Source of the DNA: Pseudomonadota bacterium
Lineage (GTDB): Bacteria > Pseudomonadota > Gammaproteobacteria > Pseudomonadales > JADFDG01
Direction of reading: 5' to 3'
Length of the DNA: 64,000 nt
Assembly (NCBI GenBank): GCA_049324495.1
Contig: JBMOOP010000110.1
Coordinates: 26,027 to 90,026 of the forward strand
In this document: one piece after another, positions 1 to 9,432 of the stretch
Position numbering within the stretch: position 1 is the stretch's first letter
Layout of the letters: each line of letters opens with the position of its first letter
Notes under the pieces: model-generated
What the model was told of the DNA's origin: nothing
Seen by the model: the letters and a program-made list of their open reading frames with translations, nothing else
The model's database searches: none
Translations under genes and position numbers: made by a program

Positions 1-1
1 G

Positions 2-604
2 CCGGCATCGGCCGATTGCCAGGCGTCGTGGGCGGCGCTGTGTCGCGGCGTGATCCATTACGAAACGCACATTCATCCGTTGTGGAGCGTCGATCGTCGC
101 CTGTTTGCCGGCGACGGCGTGACGGTGCTTGCCGACCATACCTGCACTACCTGCCACAATTCGCGTACCGCGATGGGAATGCCGCAGGTGCCGGCGGCGC
201 AACTCGATCTGCGCGATGGCATGTCCGGCGAAGTCGCCGACCACATGGCCGCGTACCGCGAATTACTGGCCACCGATGCACAGCAGGAAATTGTCGACGG
301 CACGTTGGTCGACAAGCTGGTGCAGGCGGTCGATGCCAGCGGCAGCTTGGTGTTCGAAACCGACGCCAGTGGCAACCTCTTCCTCGACAGCAACGGCCAG
401 CCGATCCCGGTGATGGTCACCGTTCCCCTCATGCCGTCGCTGGTCGCGGGTAATGCGCGCGGCAGCCAGCGCTTCTTCCTGTCGTTCGCCGCCGGCGGCA
501 ACCACGCCGGCTGGCTCACCGATGCCGAGTTGCGTCTGCTCGCCGAGTGGGTCGATATTGGCGCCCAGTATTTCAACGATCCATTCGCAGCGCCGCTGAA
601 TTAA
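2..604 (+). CDS. C-terminal part of a conserved secreted protein with a CxxCH haem-binding motif (5' end outside window)
   Basis: The frame is open from nt 2 to TAA at 602-604. It contains HTCTTCH (a CxxCH motif). Third-position GC is high, as in neighbouring genes. No start codon lies in the window. Confidence 0.5.
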   Translation, partial: PASADCQASWAALCRGVIHYETHIHPLWSVDRRLFAGDGVTVLADHTCTTCHNSRTAMGMPQVPAAQLDLRDGMSGEVADHMAAYRELLATDAQQEIVDGTLVDKLVQAVDASGSLVFETDASGNLFLDSNGQPIPVMVTVPLMPSLVAGNARGSQRFFLSFAAGGNHAGWLTDAELRLLAEWVDIGAQYFNDPFAAPLN

Positions 605-1368
605 TGATGCTGACCGCAGCGGTACGCCACATGATTTTCTTTTGCTGCATGCTGGTTGCGCTGCAGGCGTTACTGGCAACGGCCGCGCACGCGGCTTCGC
701 CGGGAAAAGTCACGGTGGTCGACCCGTTCGTCGAATTGCACAGCGGTGCTGGGCGCGGCTACCCGGTGCTGGAGATCGTTGAGCAAGGCGGCGAGGTCGA
801 GGTGCTCGAAAGCCGTACCACCTGGTATCGCCTGCGCACCCGGCGCGGTACCGAAGGCTGGGCATCGCGTGTGCAAATGTTGCGCACGCTGACGCCCGCT
901 GGCGAAACGTTCCACGAGGACGAAACCACTGCGGAAGACTTCATTGATCATCGCCATGAAATTGGCGCGCTGCTTGGTGATTTCGACGGCAGCGCGCTGA
1001 TGGGCCTGTACGGCGCGTGGCGTTTTACGCCGAACCTGACTACCGAACTTGCCGCCGGACAGGCGATTGGCCGCTCCGCCGACAGCCTGGTGATTGACGT
1101 GTCGCTCGCTGGCTATCCGTTTCCGGCGATGAAGTATTCGCCCTATGCCGGCATTGGCACCGGCCTCGTGCAGACGCGGCCATCTTCCATTCTGGTTGGC
1201 GCGAATCGCCGCGAAGACCAGTCGCTCAGCGTCGCGCTGGGTGTCAAAGGCTGGGTTTCGCGGGCTTTCGTCCTGCGCCTTGAATATCGACAGTACCTGC
1301 TGCTCACCAGCCGGGAAGAACACGAGAAACTCGACACATGGAAAGCCGGACTCGCCGTATTTTTCTAA
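604..1368 (+). CDS. SH3-domain-containing outer-membrane beta-barrel protein
   Basis: ATG at 604 overlaps the upstream stop (TAATG). It has a signal peptide ending ATAAHA, an SH3-like segment TWYRLRTRRGTEGWASRVQM, and a beta-strand-like C-terminal half ending in AVFF (OMP terminal aromatic signature). Confidence 0.6.
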   Translation: MMLTAAVRHMIFFCCMLVALQALLATAAHAASPGKVTVVDPFVELHSGAGRGYPVLEIVEQGGEVEVLESRTTWYRLRTRRGTEGWASRVQMLRTLTPAGETFHEDETTAEDFIDHRHEIGALLGDFDGSALMGLYGAWRFTPNLTTELAAGQAIGRSADSLVIDVSLAGYPFPAMKYSPYAGIGTGLVQTRPSSILVGANRREDQSLSVALGVKGWVSRAFVLRLEYRQYLLLTSREEHEKLDTWKAGLAVFF

Positions 1369-2036
1369 GTGCCGTGCAGCGCGCCATTCCGGTCGCGCTG
1401 CTGGCGGCATCACTCGTCATGCCGGTCGGATTCGCGCGCGCGGACGAACCGCCGGTCGATCCGCTGGATCCGTCGTCTGAAGCGCCGCTGGTCGATCCGG
1501 ATGTTGCGCGTCGCGAAGTCGACGAGGTGAAGATCGACAAACAGGACCTTGAACTCGGCGTTTACGGCGGCATGCTGTCGATCGAGGATTTCGGCAGCGC
1601 ACCAATGGTGGGCGTGATGCTTGCCTGGCATTTTACCGAAGACCTGTTCTTGCAGGGCCACGTCTATTCCTCGCAGGCCGGACTTACCAGCTACGAAGTG
1701 TTGAGCGGCTCGGCGCGCCTGTTGACCGACAGTGAGCGCGATTACTCCGGCTACGATCTCTCGGTAGGCTATAACCTGTTTCCTGGCGAAGCATTCATTG
1801 GCCGCAAGCGCGCCTACAACACCGCGTTCTACCTGCTTTCCGGCATCGGCTCGACGAAGTTCGGCGGCGACGACCGTTTCACGCTCAATCTCGGCGTCGG
1901 CTACCGTCTGTTGCTCACCGACTGGTTGGCCTGGCATATCGGCTTTCGCGACCACGTGTTCGCCTCTGACATCACCGGCCAGGACAAGAACACGCACAAC
2001 ATGGAAATACAGACCGGAATTTCCAGCTTTTTCTGA
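1338..2036 (+). CDS. outer-membrane beta-barrel domain protein
   Basis: It has a signal peptide (PVGFARA/DE), an alternating amphipathic strand pattern and a C-terminal ...GISSFF. It overlaps the previous gene by 31 nt. Confidence 0.6.
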   Translation: MESRTRRIFLSAVQRAIPVALLAASLVMPVGFARADEPPVDPLDPSSEAPLVDPDVARREVDEVKIDKQDLELGVYGGMLSIEDFGSAPMVGVMLAWHFTEDLFLQGHVYSSQAGLTSYEVLSGSARLLTDSERDYSGYDLSVGYNLFPGEAFIGRKRAYNTAFYLLSGIGSTKFGGDDRFTLNLGVGYRLLLTDWLAWHIGFRDHVFASDITGQDKNTHNMEIQTGISSFF

Positions 2037-2083
2037 AAGCCGGATTGTTGCGAAGAAATCACCTTGTTGACGAGGAACAGAAC

Positions 2084-2584
2084 ATGACGCGCGATATCTT
2101 CCGGATATTCCTGCTTGGCGCTTTCCTGCTCGCGTCGTTCGCCGCATCCGGCGCCGACACCACAGGCAAGACCGCGCCGGACTTCACACTGAAGAGCACC
2201 ACCGGCAAGAACGTGCGGCTTGCCGAGCATCGCGGCGACGTGATGATGGTCAATTTCTGGGCGACCTGGTGCGGCCCGTGCCGGCAGGAAATGCCGCTGC
2301 TCGAAAAGATCAACAAGAAATACAAGGGCCTCGGGTTCACGCTGCTCGGCGTCAATGTGGAAGCCGATTCGTCGAACATGGAGAAATATCTGAAGGACGT
2401 ACCGGTGACTTTCCCTATCCTCAAAGATGACGCCAATAGCGTCGCGAAACTCTATGGAGTTGACGGCATGCCGAGCACTGTGATCATCGACCGCAACGGC
2501 ATCGTGCGTTTCATCCACCGCGGCTACAAGCCCGGCTACGAGCAGAAGTACGAGCAACAGGTCAAGCAATTGGTGATGGAGTAA
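2084..2584 (+). CDS. TlpA/ResA-family periplasmic thiol:disulfide oxidoreductase (thioredoxin fold)
   Basis: ATG at 2084 is preceded by GAGGAA. It has a signal peptide and the active site WATWCGPCRQEMP. Confidence 0.8.
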   Translation: MTRDIFRIFLLGAFLLASFAASGADTTGKTAPDFTLKSTTGKNVRLAEHRGDVMMVNFWATWCGPCRQEMPLLEKINKKYKGLGFTLLGVNVEADSSNMEKYLKDVPVTFPILKDDANSVAKLYGVDGMPSTVIIDRNGIVRFIHRGYKPGYEQKYEQQVKQLVME

Positions 2585-2586
2585 GT

Positions 2587-2805
2587 ATGCAACGGTTTCT
2601 CGCGCTGCTTCTTGCTGCAACCATGTTGGGCGGCTGCGCAATCAAGCCGTGGGTGGCGCCGTACGAGCGCAACCTGCTGGCCGAGCCGTCGATGAGCTTC
2701 GGCCGCGACCCGGTGAGCGACAATTACATGAATCATGTGTTCGAGGCGCGTGAAGGCGCGCGTGGCGCGGCAGGCGGTGGCGGGGGCGGTTGTGGCTGCA
2801 GTTGA
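2587..2805 (+). CDS. DUF4266-type small lipoprotein
   Basis: It has the lipobox MLGGC and is 72 aa long. Its Gly/Cys tail GGGGGGCGCS matches what I recall of the DUF4266 family. It starts 3 nt after the TlpA stop. Confidence 0.65.
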   Translation: MQRFLALLLAATMLGGCAIKPWVAPYERNLLAEPSMSFGRDPVSDNYMNHVFEAREGARGAAGGGGGGCGCS

Positions 2806-2818
2806 CGGTCGCGACGAC

Positions 2819-3955
2819 GTGTTGCGGGAGTTGCGGCAGGCAGTTGCCGCTGTGCTTGCCGTTGCGGCATTTCCGGCGTGCGCCACTGTCCTGCCCGAAG
2901 AGCGCGCCGACGTGCTCTATCACCACTACCACGGCGGCGGCATGGACATTTCCGGCCCGTCGGTGCTGGTGCGCAAGAACTGGCGCGACAAGGTGTCGGT
3001 GTCGGCGAATTATTATGTCGACAGTGTCACCAGCGCCTCGATTGACGTGATGACCACGGCCAGTCCTTACACCGAACAGCGCAACGAGACCCGGTTCGGC
3101 GTTGATTACCTGCACGACAAAACCGTGATGGGCGTTAGCTGGGTGCGCTCCGAGGAAAACGATTACTCGGCCAGCACAGCCGGCTTTTCCTTCAGCCAGG
3201 ATTTTTTCGGCGACCTGACCACGCTCAATTTCGGTTATGCGCTCGGCAACGACGAAGTGCGGCGCAATGGCGATCCGTCATTCGCCGAACCCGTCAATCG
3301 CCAGACGTTCAATCTCGGGCTTGCACAGGTGTTGTCGAAACGCGCCGTGCTTGGTCTTGCCTGGGATGTCACCGCCGACCAGGGTTATCTGCACAACGCC
3401 TATCGTTCTGTGCGCTTTGCCGATCCAGCCAGCACGCTTGGTTACGGTTATCAGGGCGAGGTGTATCCGCACACCCGCACCAGCAATGCCGCCGCGCTGC
3501 GCGTCGCGTACCATCTGCCGTGGCAGGACGCATTGCGCGCCGAGTACCGTATCTATACCGATACCTGGGGTGTCGGCGCGCAAAACCTCGAGCTGGCCTA
3601 CACCCGCAACATTTCGCCGAACTGGCGCATCGATACGCGCGTGCGAACCTACAGCCAGGATCGCGCCGATTTCTACAGCGACATATTCCCGTATCGCGAC
3701 GCGCAAAACTACTTGGCGCGCGACAAAGAGCTGTCGACCTTCGACTCGTTGTTGTTCGGGTTTGGCGCCAGTTACCAGCTAAAGGCGCCGGAAGCCAGCC
3801 GCTGGAAGCAGATGAGCTTCAATCTGCAACTGGATTTGATCCAGTTCGACTATGCCGATTTTCGTGATGTGCGCGTGATTTCTGCGCCTGGCACCGAGCC
3901 GCCGTACGGCTACGATGCGACCGTCACGCGGCTGTACTGGTCGCTCTGGTACTAA
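2819..3955 (+). CDS. DUF3570-type predicted beta-barrel protein
   Basis: The ORF spans 2735-3955. I placed the start at GTG 2819 to give the signal peptide AVAAVLAVAAFPACA. It carries the motif LYHHYHGGGMDISGPSVLVRK and ends in aromatic-rich YWSLWY. The start is uncertain (2735-2831). Confidence 0.65.
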   Translation: MLRELRQAVAAVLAVAAFPACATVLPEERADVLYHHYHGGGMDISGPSVLVRKNWRDKVSVSANYYVDSVTSASIDVMTTASPYTEQRNETRFGVDYLHDKTVMGVSWVRSEENDYSASTAGFSFSQDFFGDLTTLNFGYALGNDEVRRNGDPSFAEPVNRQTFNLGLAQVLSKRAVLGLAWDVTADQGYLHNAYRSVRFADPASTLGYGYQGEVYPHTRTSNAAALRVAYHLPWQDALRAEYRIYTDTWGVGAQNLELAYTRNISPNWRIDTRVRTYSQDRADFYSDIFPYRDAQNYLARDKELSTFDSLLFGFGASYQLKAPEASRWKQMSFNLQLDLIQFDYADFRDVRVISAPGTEPPYGYDATVTRLYWSLWY

Positions 3956-3960
3956 TTCTT

Positions 3961-5277
3961 TTACCGCGAGTGCAACACCCGGTTCCCCAGCATCGTGAAC
4001 AACACCCGGCCCTGCATCTGTTCGCCGAGAAACGGTGAGTTGCGTCCCGCCGATACCATCGCGTCCGGGCCTTCGTTGCCGAGCGTGTAGCGCGCTTGCG
4101 GGTCGAACAGGCAGAAATCCGCGCGTTCGTTGACGCGCAGGCTGCCGCCGGCAACGCCGAAACAGGCAGCGGGCCGGCTGGTGAGTGCGCCGATTGCCTG
4201 CGACAGCGTCAATACGCCTTCTTCAACCAGTCGCAGTGTCAGCGAAAGCAGCGTTTCCGTGCCGCTGATGCCCGGGCGCGCTGCCGGGAACGGCGCCTGT
4301 TTGTCGGAGCTTTCGCAGGGTTGGTGATCCGAACAGATTGCGTCGATGGTGCCATCGGCAACCGCCTGGCGCAGGGCATCGCGGTCGGCGAGCGAACGCA
4401 GCGGCGGGCGAACATGCGCCAGCGCGTTGAAACCCTCAATCGCGCTTTCGGTAAGCAGCAGCTGGTGCACGGCGACATCCGCCGTCACTTTCAACCCCTT
4501 GCGGCGCGCCTCGGCGATCATCGCGACGGCACCGGCAGTCGACAGCTGCGCGAAGTGCGCGCGTACCCCGGTGTGTGCGACCAGCTCAAGATCGCGCGCC
4601 ACAGCAACGGTTTCCGCCATCGCCGGAATGCCCGGCAGGCCCAGACGCGTGGCGACGGCTCCTTCATGCGCGCAACCGCCGGCGGCGAGATCCACGTCTT
4701 CTGGATGAAATACGACGGCAAGATCGAATGTTGCCGCGTATTCGAGCGCGCGGCGCAGCACCTGATTGCTGGCCATCGCGCGCCGCCGATTGCTCACAGC
4801 CACACAGCCGGCCTGCTTGAGCGCGGCCATGTCGGCGAGTTGTTCGCCGGCGAGGCCTTGCGTCATCGCGCCGACCACCCACACCCAGCTGCGCCGTGCA
4901 CTTGAGGCGGTCTCGTGCATCTGGCGGACAACGGCGGTGGTGTCGGCAATCGGGAAAGTATCTGGAGGACAAACTGCGTGGGTGACGCCGCCGGCGGCGC
5001 AGGCGGCCAGTTCGCGGATCATGCCCTTGCTGTGCTCGGCGCCCGGTTTTTTCAGGCTGACTGACGTGTCGATGAGGCCCGGTGCGGCGATGAGGCCGCT
5101 GGCGTCGACTTCGCGCTCGGCAAGGAAGCCGCTCGCCGTCGCGCCGATGGCAACCAGCTTGCCGTCAAGAACGTAAAGGTCAGCGATAACATCCAGTTGT
5201 TGCGATGGGTCGATGACGCGCGCACCGCGGATCGCGAGGCGGCCATTGAGCTTGCCTTCAGCCGGTAAGTCACTCAT
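3961..5277 (-). CDS. dihydroorotase-like protein, non-catalytic PyrC' type (structural partner of aspartate carbamoyltransferase)
   Basis: It shows amidohydrolase/DHOase-like sequence and lies immediately downstream of pyrB. The canonical metal site D-x-H-x-H is replaced by DTSVS (nt 5053-5070). I chose the start at MSDLPAEG (ATG 5277). Confidence 0.8.
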   Translation of the reverse strand: MSDLPAEGKLNGRLAIRGARVIDPSQQLDVIADLYVLDGKLVAIGATASGFLAEREVDASGLIAAPGLIDTSVSLKKPGAEHSKGMIRELAACAAGGVTHAVCPPDTFPIADTTAVVRQMHETASSARRSWVWVVGAMTQGLAGEQLADMAALKQAGCVAVSNRRRAMASNQVLRRALEYAATFDLAVVFHPEDVDLAAGGCAHEGAVATRLGLPGIPAMAETVAVARDLELVAHTGVRAHFAQLSTAGAVAMIAEARRKGLKVTADVAVHQLLLTESAIEGFNALAHVRPPLRSLADRDALRQAVADGTIDAICSDHQPCESSDKQAPFPAARPGISGTETLLSLTLRLVEEGVLTLSQAIGALTSRPAACFGVAGGSLRVNERADFCLFDPQARYTLGNEGPDAMVSAGRNSPFLGEQMQGRVLFTMLGNRVLHSR

Positions 5278-5302
5278 TGCCCGCTCCGTAAGCTCGCCGT
5301 CT

Positions 5303-6325
5303 TCATTCGGTGGCCGGGGCGTGGCCCTGGCCATTCATGCACATTGCCATCACCGCCATGCGCACCGCGATGCCGAACGTCACCTGCTGTAAAATCACCG
5401 ACTGCGGGCCGTCGGCGATATCGCTGGCAATTTCGACGCCGCGATTGATCGGGCCCGGGTGCATCACGATCGCATCCGGTTTCGCTACGCGCATCTTTTC
5501 ACCGGTGAGACCATAGAGCCGGTAAAACTCCTGCTCGGAAGGCAGCAGGGCTGTCTGCATGCGTTCTTTCTGCAGCCGCAGTGCCATCACCACGTCGGCA
5601 TCGCGGATGCCCTCGACGAGATTGGTATAAACCTTCGCGCCCAGCGACTCGGCATCGGCCGGCAACAAGGTGCGTGGCGCGACAATACGCACGTCCGGGC
5701 AGCCGAGCGCGCGCAGCGCAGCGATGCCGGAGCGTGCGACCCGCGAGTGCAGGATGTCGCCGATGATCGTCACAGTGAGTTTGGTGAAGTCGCCCTTGCA
5801 ATGGCGGATGGTGAACATGTCGAGCATCGCTTGAGTTGGATGCGCGTGGCGGCCGTCGCCGGCATTGATCACAGCGACTTTCGGCGTCACATGCCGGGCA
5901 ATGAAATCCGGCGCGCCGGGATCACCATGGCGCACGATGAACATATCGGCGCCCATCGCTTCAAGATTCCAGAGCATGTCCATCAGTGTCTCGCCCTTGG
6001 AAGTCGAGGAGCGGCCGATATCGATGTTGAGTACGTCGGCAGACAGACGTTTGGCGGCCACCTCGAAGGTGGTGCGGGTGCGGGTACTGGGTTCGAAGAA
6101 CAGGTTCACCACGGTCTTGCCACGCAGCAGGGGCAATTTTTTCGCCGCGCGTTCGCCGGCGATAACAAAAGATGCGGCGGTGTCGAGGATTTCGGTGAGA
6201 GTTGCGCGCGACAGGCCATCAATGGTGAGGAAGTGCCTCAGCCGGCCTTCTTTGTCCAGTTGCAGATCATCGAGTTGCGGGCGCGCGTGGACTGCACTGC
6301 TTTCGGCAAAATCGGCGGTCGTCAT
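5303..6325 (-). CDS. pyrB: aspartate carbamoyltransferase catalytic subunit
   Basis: It has [19 protein letters not shown] (the STRTR carbamoyl-phosphate site) and the HPxQ and HPGP motifs. I chose the start at MTTADFAE (6325) rather than the extended ORF. Confidence 0.92.
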   Translation of the reverse strand: MTTADFAESSAVHARPQLDDLQLDKEGRLRHFLTIDGLSRATLTEILDTAASFVIAGERAAKKLPLLRGKTVVNLFFEPSTRTRTTFEVAAKRLSADVLNIDIGRSSTSKGETLMDMLWNLEAMGADMFIVRHGDPGAPDFIARHVTPKVAVINAGDGRHAHPTQAMLDMFTIRHCKGDFTKLTVTIIGDILHSRVARSGIAALRALGCPDVRIVAPRTLLPADAESLGAKVYTNLVEGIRDADVVMALRLQKERMQTALLPSEQEFYRLYGLTGEKMRVAKPDAIVMHPGPINRGVEIASDIADGPQSVILQQVTFGIAVRMAVMAMCMNGQGHAPATE

Positions 6326-6420
6326 GCAAAGATTCCTGTCAGGACCGGTGCTTTGCCCGAGCTGGGCTTGTCGTGTCGCTGGCGGTGCAATTCTAGCCGG
6401 GCTGCGCTCCGGGTGCGAGT

Positions 6421-6879
6421 CTAGCTGTGGGGCTGTTGTGCCAGCCACGCCTCGACGATCAGCGCTGCTGCCAGCGCATCGACTGCCGGCTGGCCGCGCT
6501 TTTGTTCCGCGCGCAGCAACGCGTTGCGAGCTTCGAAACTCGACAGCCGTTCGTCGATAACCGCGACCGGCAGGACCAGACGGCCGGCGAGCTTGCGCGC
6601 AAAGCTGCGCGCGCAGGTCGACATTTCACTTTCGCTGCCATCCATATTCAATGGCAGCCCGACCACCAGCTGGTCGGGCTGCCATTCGGCGACCAGCTTG
6701 CCGATCTGCTCCCAGTCCGGTGCGCCGTCGCGCGTCGGCAGTACGGTGAGCGGTCGTGCGGTGCCGGTCAGGGTATTGCCAATGGCAATGCCGATACGTT
6801 TGGTGCCGAAATCGAAACCCAGGATGGTGGCTTCCCGGTGACCGGACGACGGGTTGCAAGGAGAGTGGTTGCCGGACAT
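6421..6879 (-). CDS. ruvX: YqgF/RuvX Holliday-junction-resolvase-like pre-16S rRNA nuclease
   Basis: It has the [17 protein letters not shown] motif and is about 150 aa. Its start abuts the stop of the upstream tonB-like gene. Confidence 0.9.
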   Translation of the reverse strand: MSGNHSPCNPSSGHREATILGFDFGTKRIGIAIGNTLTGTARPLTVLPTRDGAPDWEQIGKLVAEWQPDQLVVGLPLNMDGSESEMSTCARSFARKLAGRLVLPVAVIDERLSSFEARNALLRAEQKRGQPAVDALAAALIVEAWLAQQPHS

Positions 6880-7764
6880 TCAGCCGCCCTCCGATGACAC
6901 CGCGCGCCGCTCATCGAATTTCCAGGTACGGATGACCTCGAGAATGTCGGTGATCTTGCGCATCTCCGGCGGGAATGGCGCAAACGGTGCCGCCAGTCGC
7001 ACGCTGCGCATGGCGGCTTCGTCGAGAAAGCGATGTCCTGATGATTTCAGTATCTCGATGGCGCGCACCTCACCGTTCGGGTTGAGCGCGACCATCAGGC
7101 GCACCTGACCGAAGATCTGGTTGCGCAACGCCTGCTCGGGAAAATTGCGCGTACCCACTTCCTCTACCTCGCGGCGGAAGGCTTCAACATACAGCGCGTC
7201 GAAACTCTCGCGGGTCGATACCGAGGTCAGCTGACGCACTTTCGGCCGTTTTGCGTAGGCTTCTTTCTCGCGTGCCAGCTGCGCTTCGAGGCTGGCAATC
7301 TCACGCTGCTGGCGTTCGGCTGCGTCGACCTCTGCCTTGCGGGCATCCTTTGCATCGCGCTGCTGACGTGTCTTGCCGGTCTTGCGCGCCTTGGTGTTGT
7401 GGGTGACCACAAGGTTGTGCCGCGTTGCGGTGGCGGGTGCGCGGGCGGACTCCTCTTCCTGGAGTGTCTCGCGGATTGTGTTGTCTTCGATCGGGGCGTG
7501 TTCGGTGGTGGTCAGCAGCCGCTTGTCGATTTCAGTGCCGGAGCCGATCTGGTTGGCCTGGGCAACGAAATCGGCCTCGCGCGGGGCCTGCGTACTGCGG
7601 AAGTGGGCCAGCGTGACTTCGAGGACACTCGGACTGCGTTTGGCGTCCTCGGGAATAAATCCCACGGTCAGCGCGACCAATGCATGCAGGCTCATTGCGG
7701 CGACGATCGCCCAGGTCAGGCGGTCGCCGGATTGGTGCCAGGGCAGCGGCAAGGCGTCGTTCAT
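6880..7764 (-). CDS. TonB-family energy transducer (TonB3-like)
   Basis: It has an N-terminal TM helix (WAIVAAMSLHALVALTVGF), a charged Lys/Glu/Arg-rich linker, and a TonB C-terminal domain (GQVRLMVALNPNGEVRAIEILKSSGHRFLDEAAMRSV). An ATGA overlap joins it to the gshB stop. Confidence 0.7.
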   Translation of the reverse strand: MNDALPLPWHQSGDRLTWAIVAAMSLHALVALTVGFIPEDAKRSPSVLEVTLAHFRSTQAPREADFVAQANQIGSGTEIDKRLLTTTEHAPIEDNTIRETLQEEESARAPATATRHNLVVTHNTKARKTGKTRQQRDAKDARKAEVDAAERQQREIASLEAQLAREKEAYAKRPKVRQLTSVSTRESFDALYVEAFRREVEEVGTRNFPEQALRNQIFGQVRLMVALNPNGEVRAIEILKSSGHRFLDEAAMRSVRLAAPFAPFPPEMRKITDILEVIRTWKFDERRAVSSEGG

Positions 7765-8726
7765 CGCATTCGTTTGCCGCCGGTCAGGCGGGCGGCGAGG
7801 TGCTCGAGCAGCTGCCCGGCGATGTCGAGGCCGAAAGCGGCGTCGAGCTCACGAATACAAGTCGGGCTGGTTACGTTGATCTCGGTGAGATAGTCACCGA
7901 TCACGTCTATGCCGACGAAAAAAAGCCCTTTTTCCCGGAGAGTTGGCCCCACTTGCGCGGCGATCCAGCGATCACGGGCGGTCAGTTCCCGGCCCTCGCC
8001 CCGGCCACCGGCGGCGAGATTGCCGCGGGTCTCTCCGTCCTGCGGGATGCGAGCGAGGGCGAACGGTATCGGTTCGCCGTTGATCAGCAGGATGCGCTTG
8101 TCGCCGGTGCGGATTTCCGGGATGTAGCGCTGGGCCATCACATGCAGGGTGTCGAGTGCGGTGAGGATTTCCAGGGTGGCGCCGATGTTGGGGCCGTCGG
8201 CGGTCAACCGAAAGACGCCAGCGCCACCCATCGCGTCCAGCGGCTTGACGATCACATCGCCCTGCTCGCGGATGAACTGGCGCAGGCGGGCGCTGTCGCT
8301 GCTGACCAGGGTCGGCACCATGCATTGCGGGAAGCGGGCGGCAAACAGCTTCTCGTTGGCATCGCGGACGCTGCCCGGACGGTTGGCGATCAACGCCCCG
8401 GCGGCCTCGGCACACTCGAGGATGTAGGTGATGTACAGGTAGGCATTGGTGATCGGTGGGTCCTGGCGCATCAGGATGATGTCGATCTCGGCCAGCGCGA
8501 TGTCGCCGCCGGCGGACAGCGTGTACCAGTCGGTCCGGTCGTCGCGAACCTCGAGAGCGCGCCAGCGGCCGCGCGCAACGCCGTCGCGCATGTAAAGGTC
8601 GCCGGGCTCGAAATAACGGATGTGCCAGCCGCGCGCGCGCGCGGCCAGCAACATGGCAAAGGTCGAATCCTTGTATGGCTTGATGCCCTGGATGGGGTCC
8701 ATCACCACACCGAGAGTCACGGGCAT
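7761..8726 (-). CDS. gshB: glutathione synthetase
   Basis: The N-terminus LGVVMDPIQGIKPYKDSTFAMLLAA...ILMRQDPP is collinear with E. coli GshB. The remainder is ATP-grasp-like. Confidence 0.92.
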   Translation of the reverse strand: MPVTLGVVMDPIQGIKPYKDSTFAMLLAARARGWHIRYFEPGDLYMRDGVARGRWRALEVRDDRTDWYTLSAGGDIALAEIDIILMRQDPPITNAYLYITYILECAEAAGALIANRPGSVRDANEKLFAARFPQCMVPTLVSSDSARLRQFIREQGDVIVKPLDAMGGAGVFRLTADGPNIGATLEILTALDTLHVMAQRYIPEIRTGDKRILLINGEPIPFALARIPQDGETRGNLAAGGRGEGRELTARDRWIAAQVGPTLREKGLFFVGIDVIGDYLTEINVTSPTCIRELDAAFGLDIAGQLLEHLAARLTGGKRMR

Positions 8727-9031
8727 CGCAGTTGTCGCCGGAAGTTTGGGGGTGAATCGAGGGGCGCATCGCCGGGTGAATCGCAGCGCGCCCGGCGGCT
8801 ATCGTAGCCAATGCCCGTACTGGCCGATAGGGCCGTTGAAAATGGTGCGCGCCGGCAGCGCGCAGAGAGGCATTTTCCCCGTGTTTATGGGGGGTTATAG
8901 CTTGAACATGGAAACTGTGTTAAAAACGCCCCTTGATGTATTTCAGGCCTTTTTCGTAAGGCTGGCCGACTCCGGAAGAACAATTTTCCGGGCGGTGGAT
9001 ACCAACCACAGACACGCAAGGCTGCCTGACG

Positions 9032-9415
9032 ATGAGCCAGAATCTCGAAGGTCTGAAGGTCATGGTCATTGATGACTCAAAGACCATTCGCCGTACCGCT
9101 GAAACCCTTTTGCAGAAAGCCGGTTGCGAGGTGATCACCGCCACCGATGGCTTCGATGCCCTGGCCAAGATTGCCGACACCCGCCCCGACATCATCTTCG
9201 TTGATATCATGATGCCGCGCCTGGATGGCTATCAAACCTGTGCCCTGATCAAGAACAACAGCAATTTCAAGAGTACCCCGGTGATCATGCTGTCCTCCAA
9301 GGACGGCCTGTTCGACAAGGCCAAGGGCCGCATTGTCGGTTCCGATCAGTACCTCACCAAACCCTTCAGCAAGGACGAACTGCTCGGCGCTATTGAGCAG
9401 CACGTCAAGAAGTAA
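9032..9415 (+). CDS. pilG: twitching-motility CheY-like response regulator PilG
   Basis: It is a single REC domain (VMVIDDSKT...FVDIMMPRLDG...YLTKPF) and the first gene of the pilGHIJK-chpABC order. Confidence 0.9.
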   Translation: MSQNLEGLKVMVIDDSKTIRRTAETLLQKAGCEVITATDGFDALAKIADTRPDIIFVDIMMPRLDGYQTCALIKNNSNFKSTPVIMLSSKDGLFDKAKGRIVGSDQYLTKPFSKDELLGAIEQHVKK

Positions 9416-9432
9416 TCACGCAAAGGCAGGCC

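Noticed and set aside
8620-9072. A 150-aa plus-strand ORF spanning the gshB/pilG intergenic region into pilG.
   Set aside because: It overlaps the gshB 5' end antisense and runs into pilG out of frame. It has no motifs or RBS, and the region is better treated as divergent promoter DNA.
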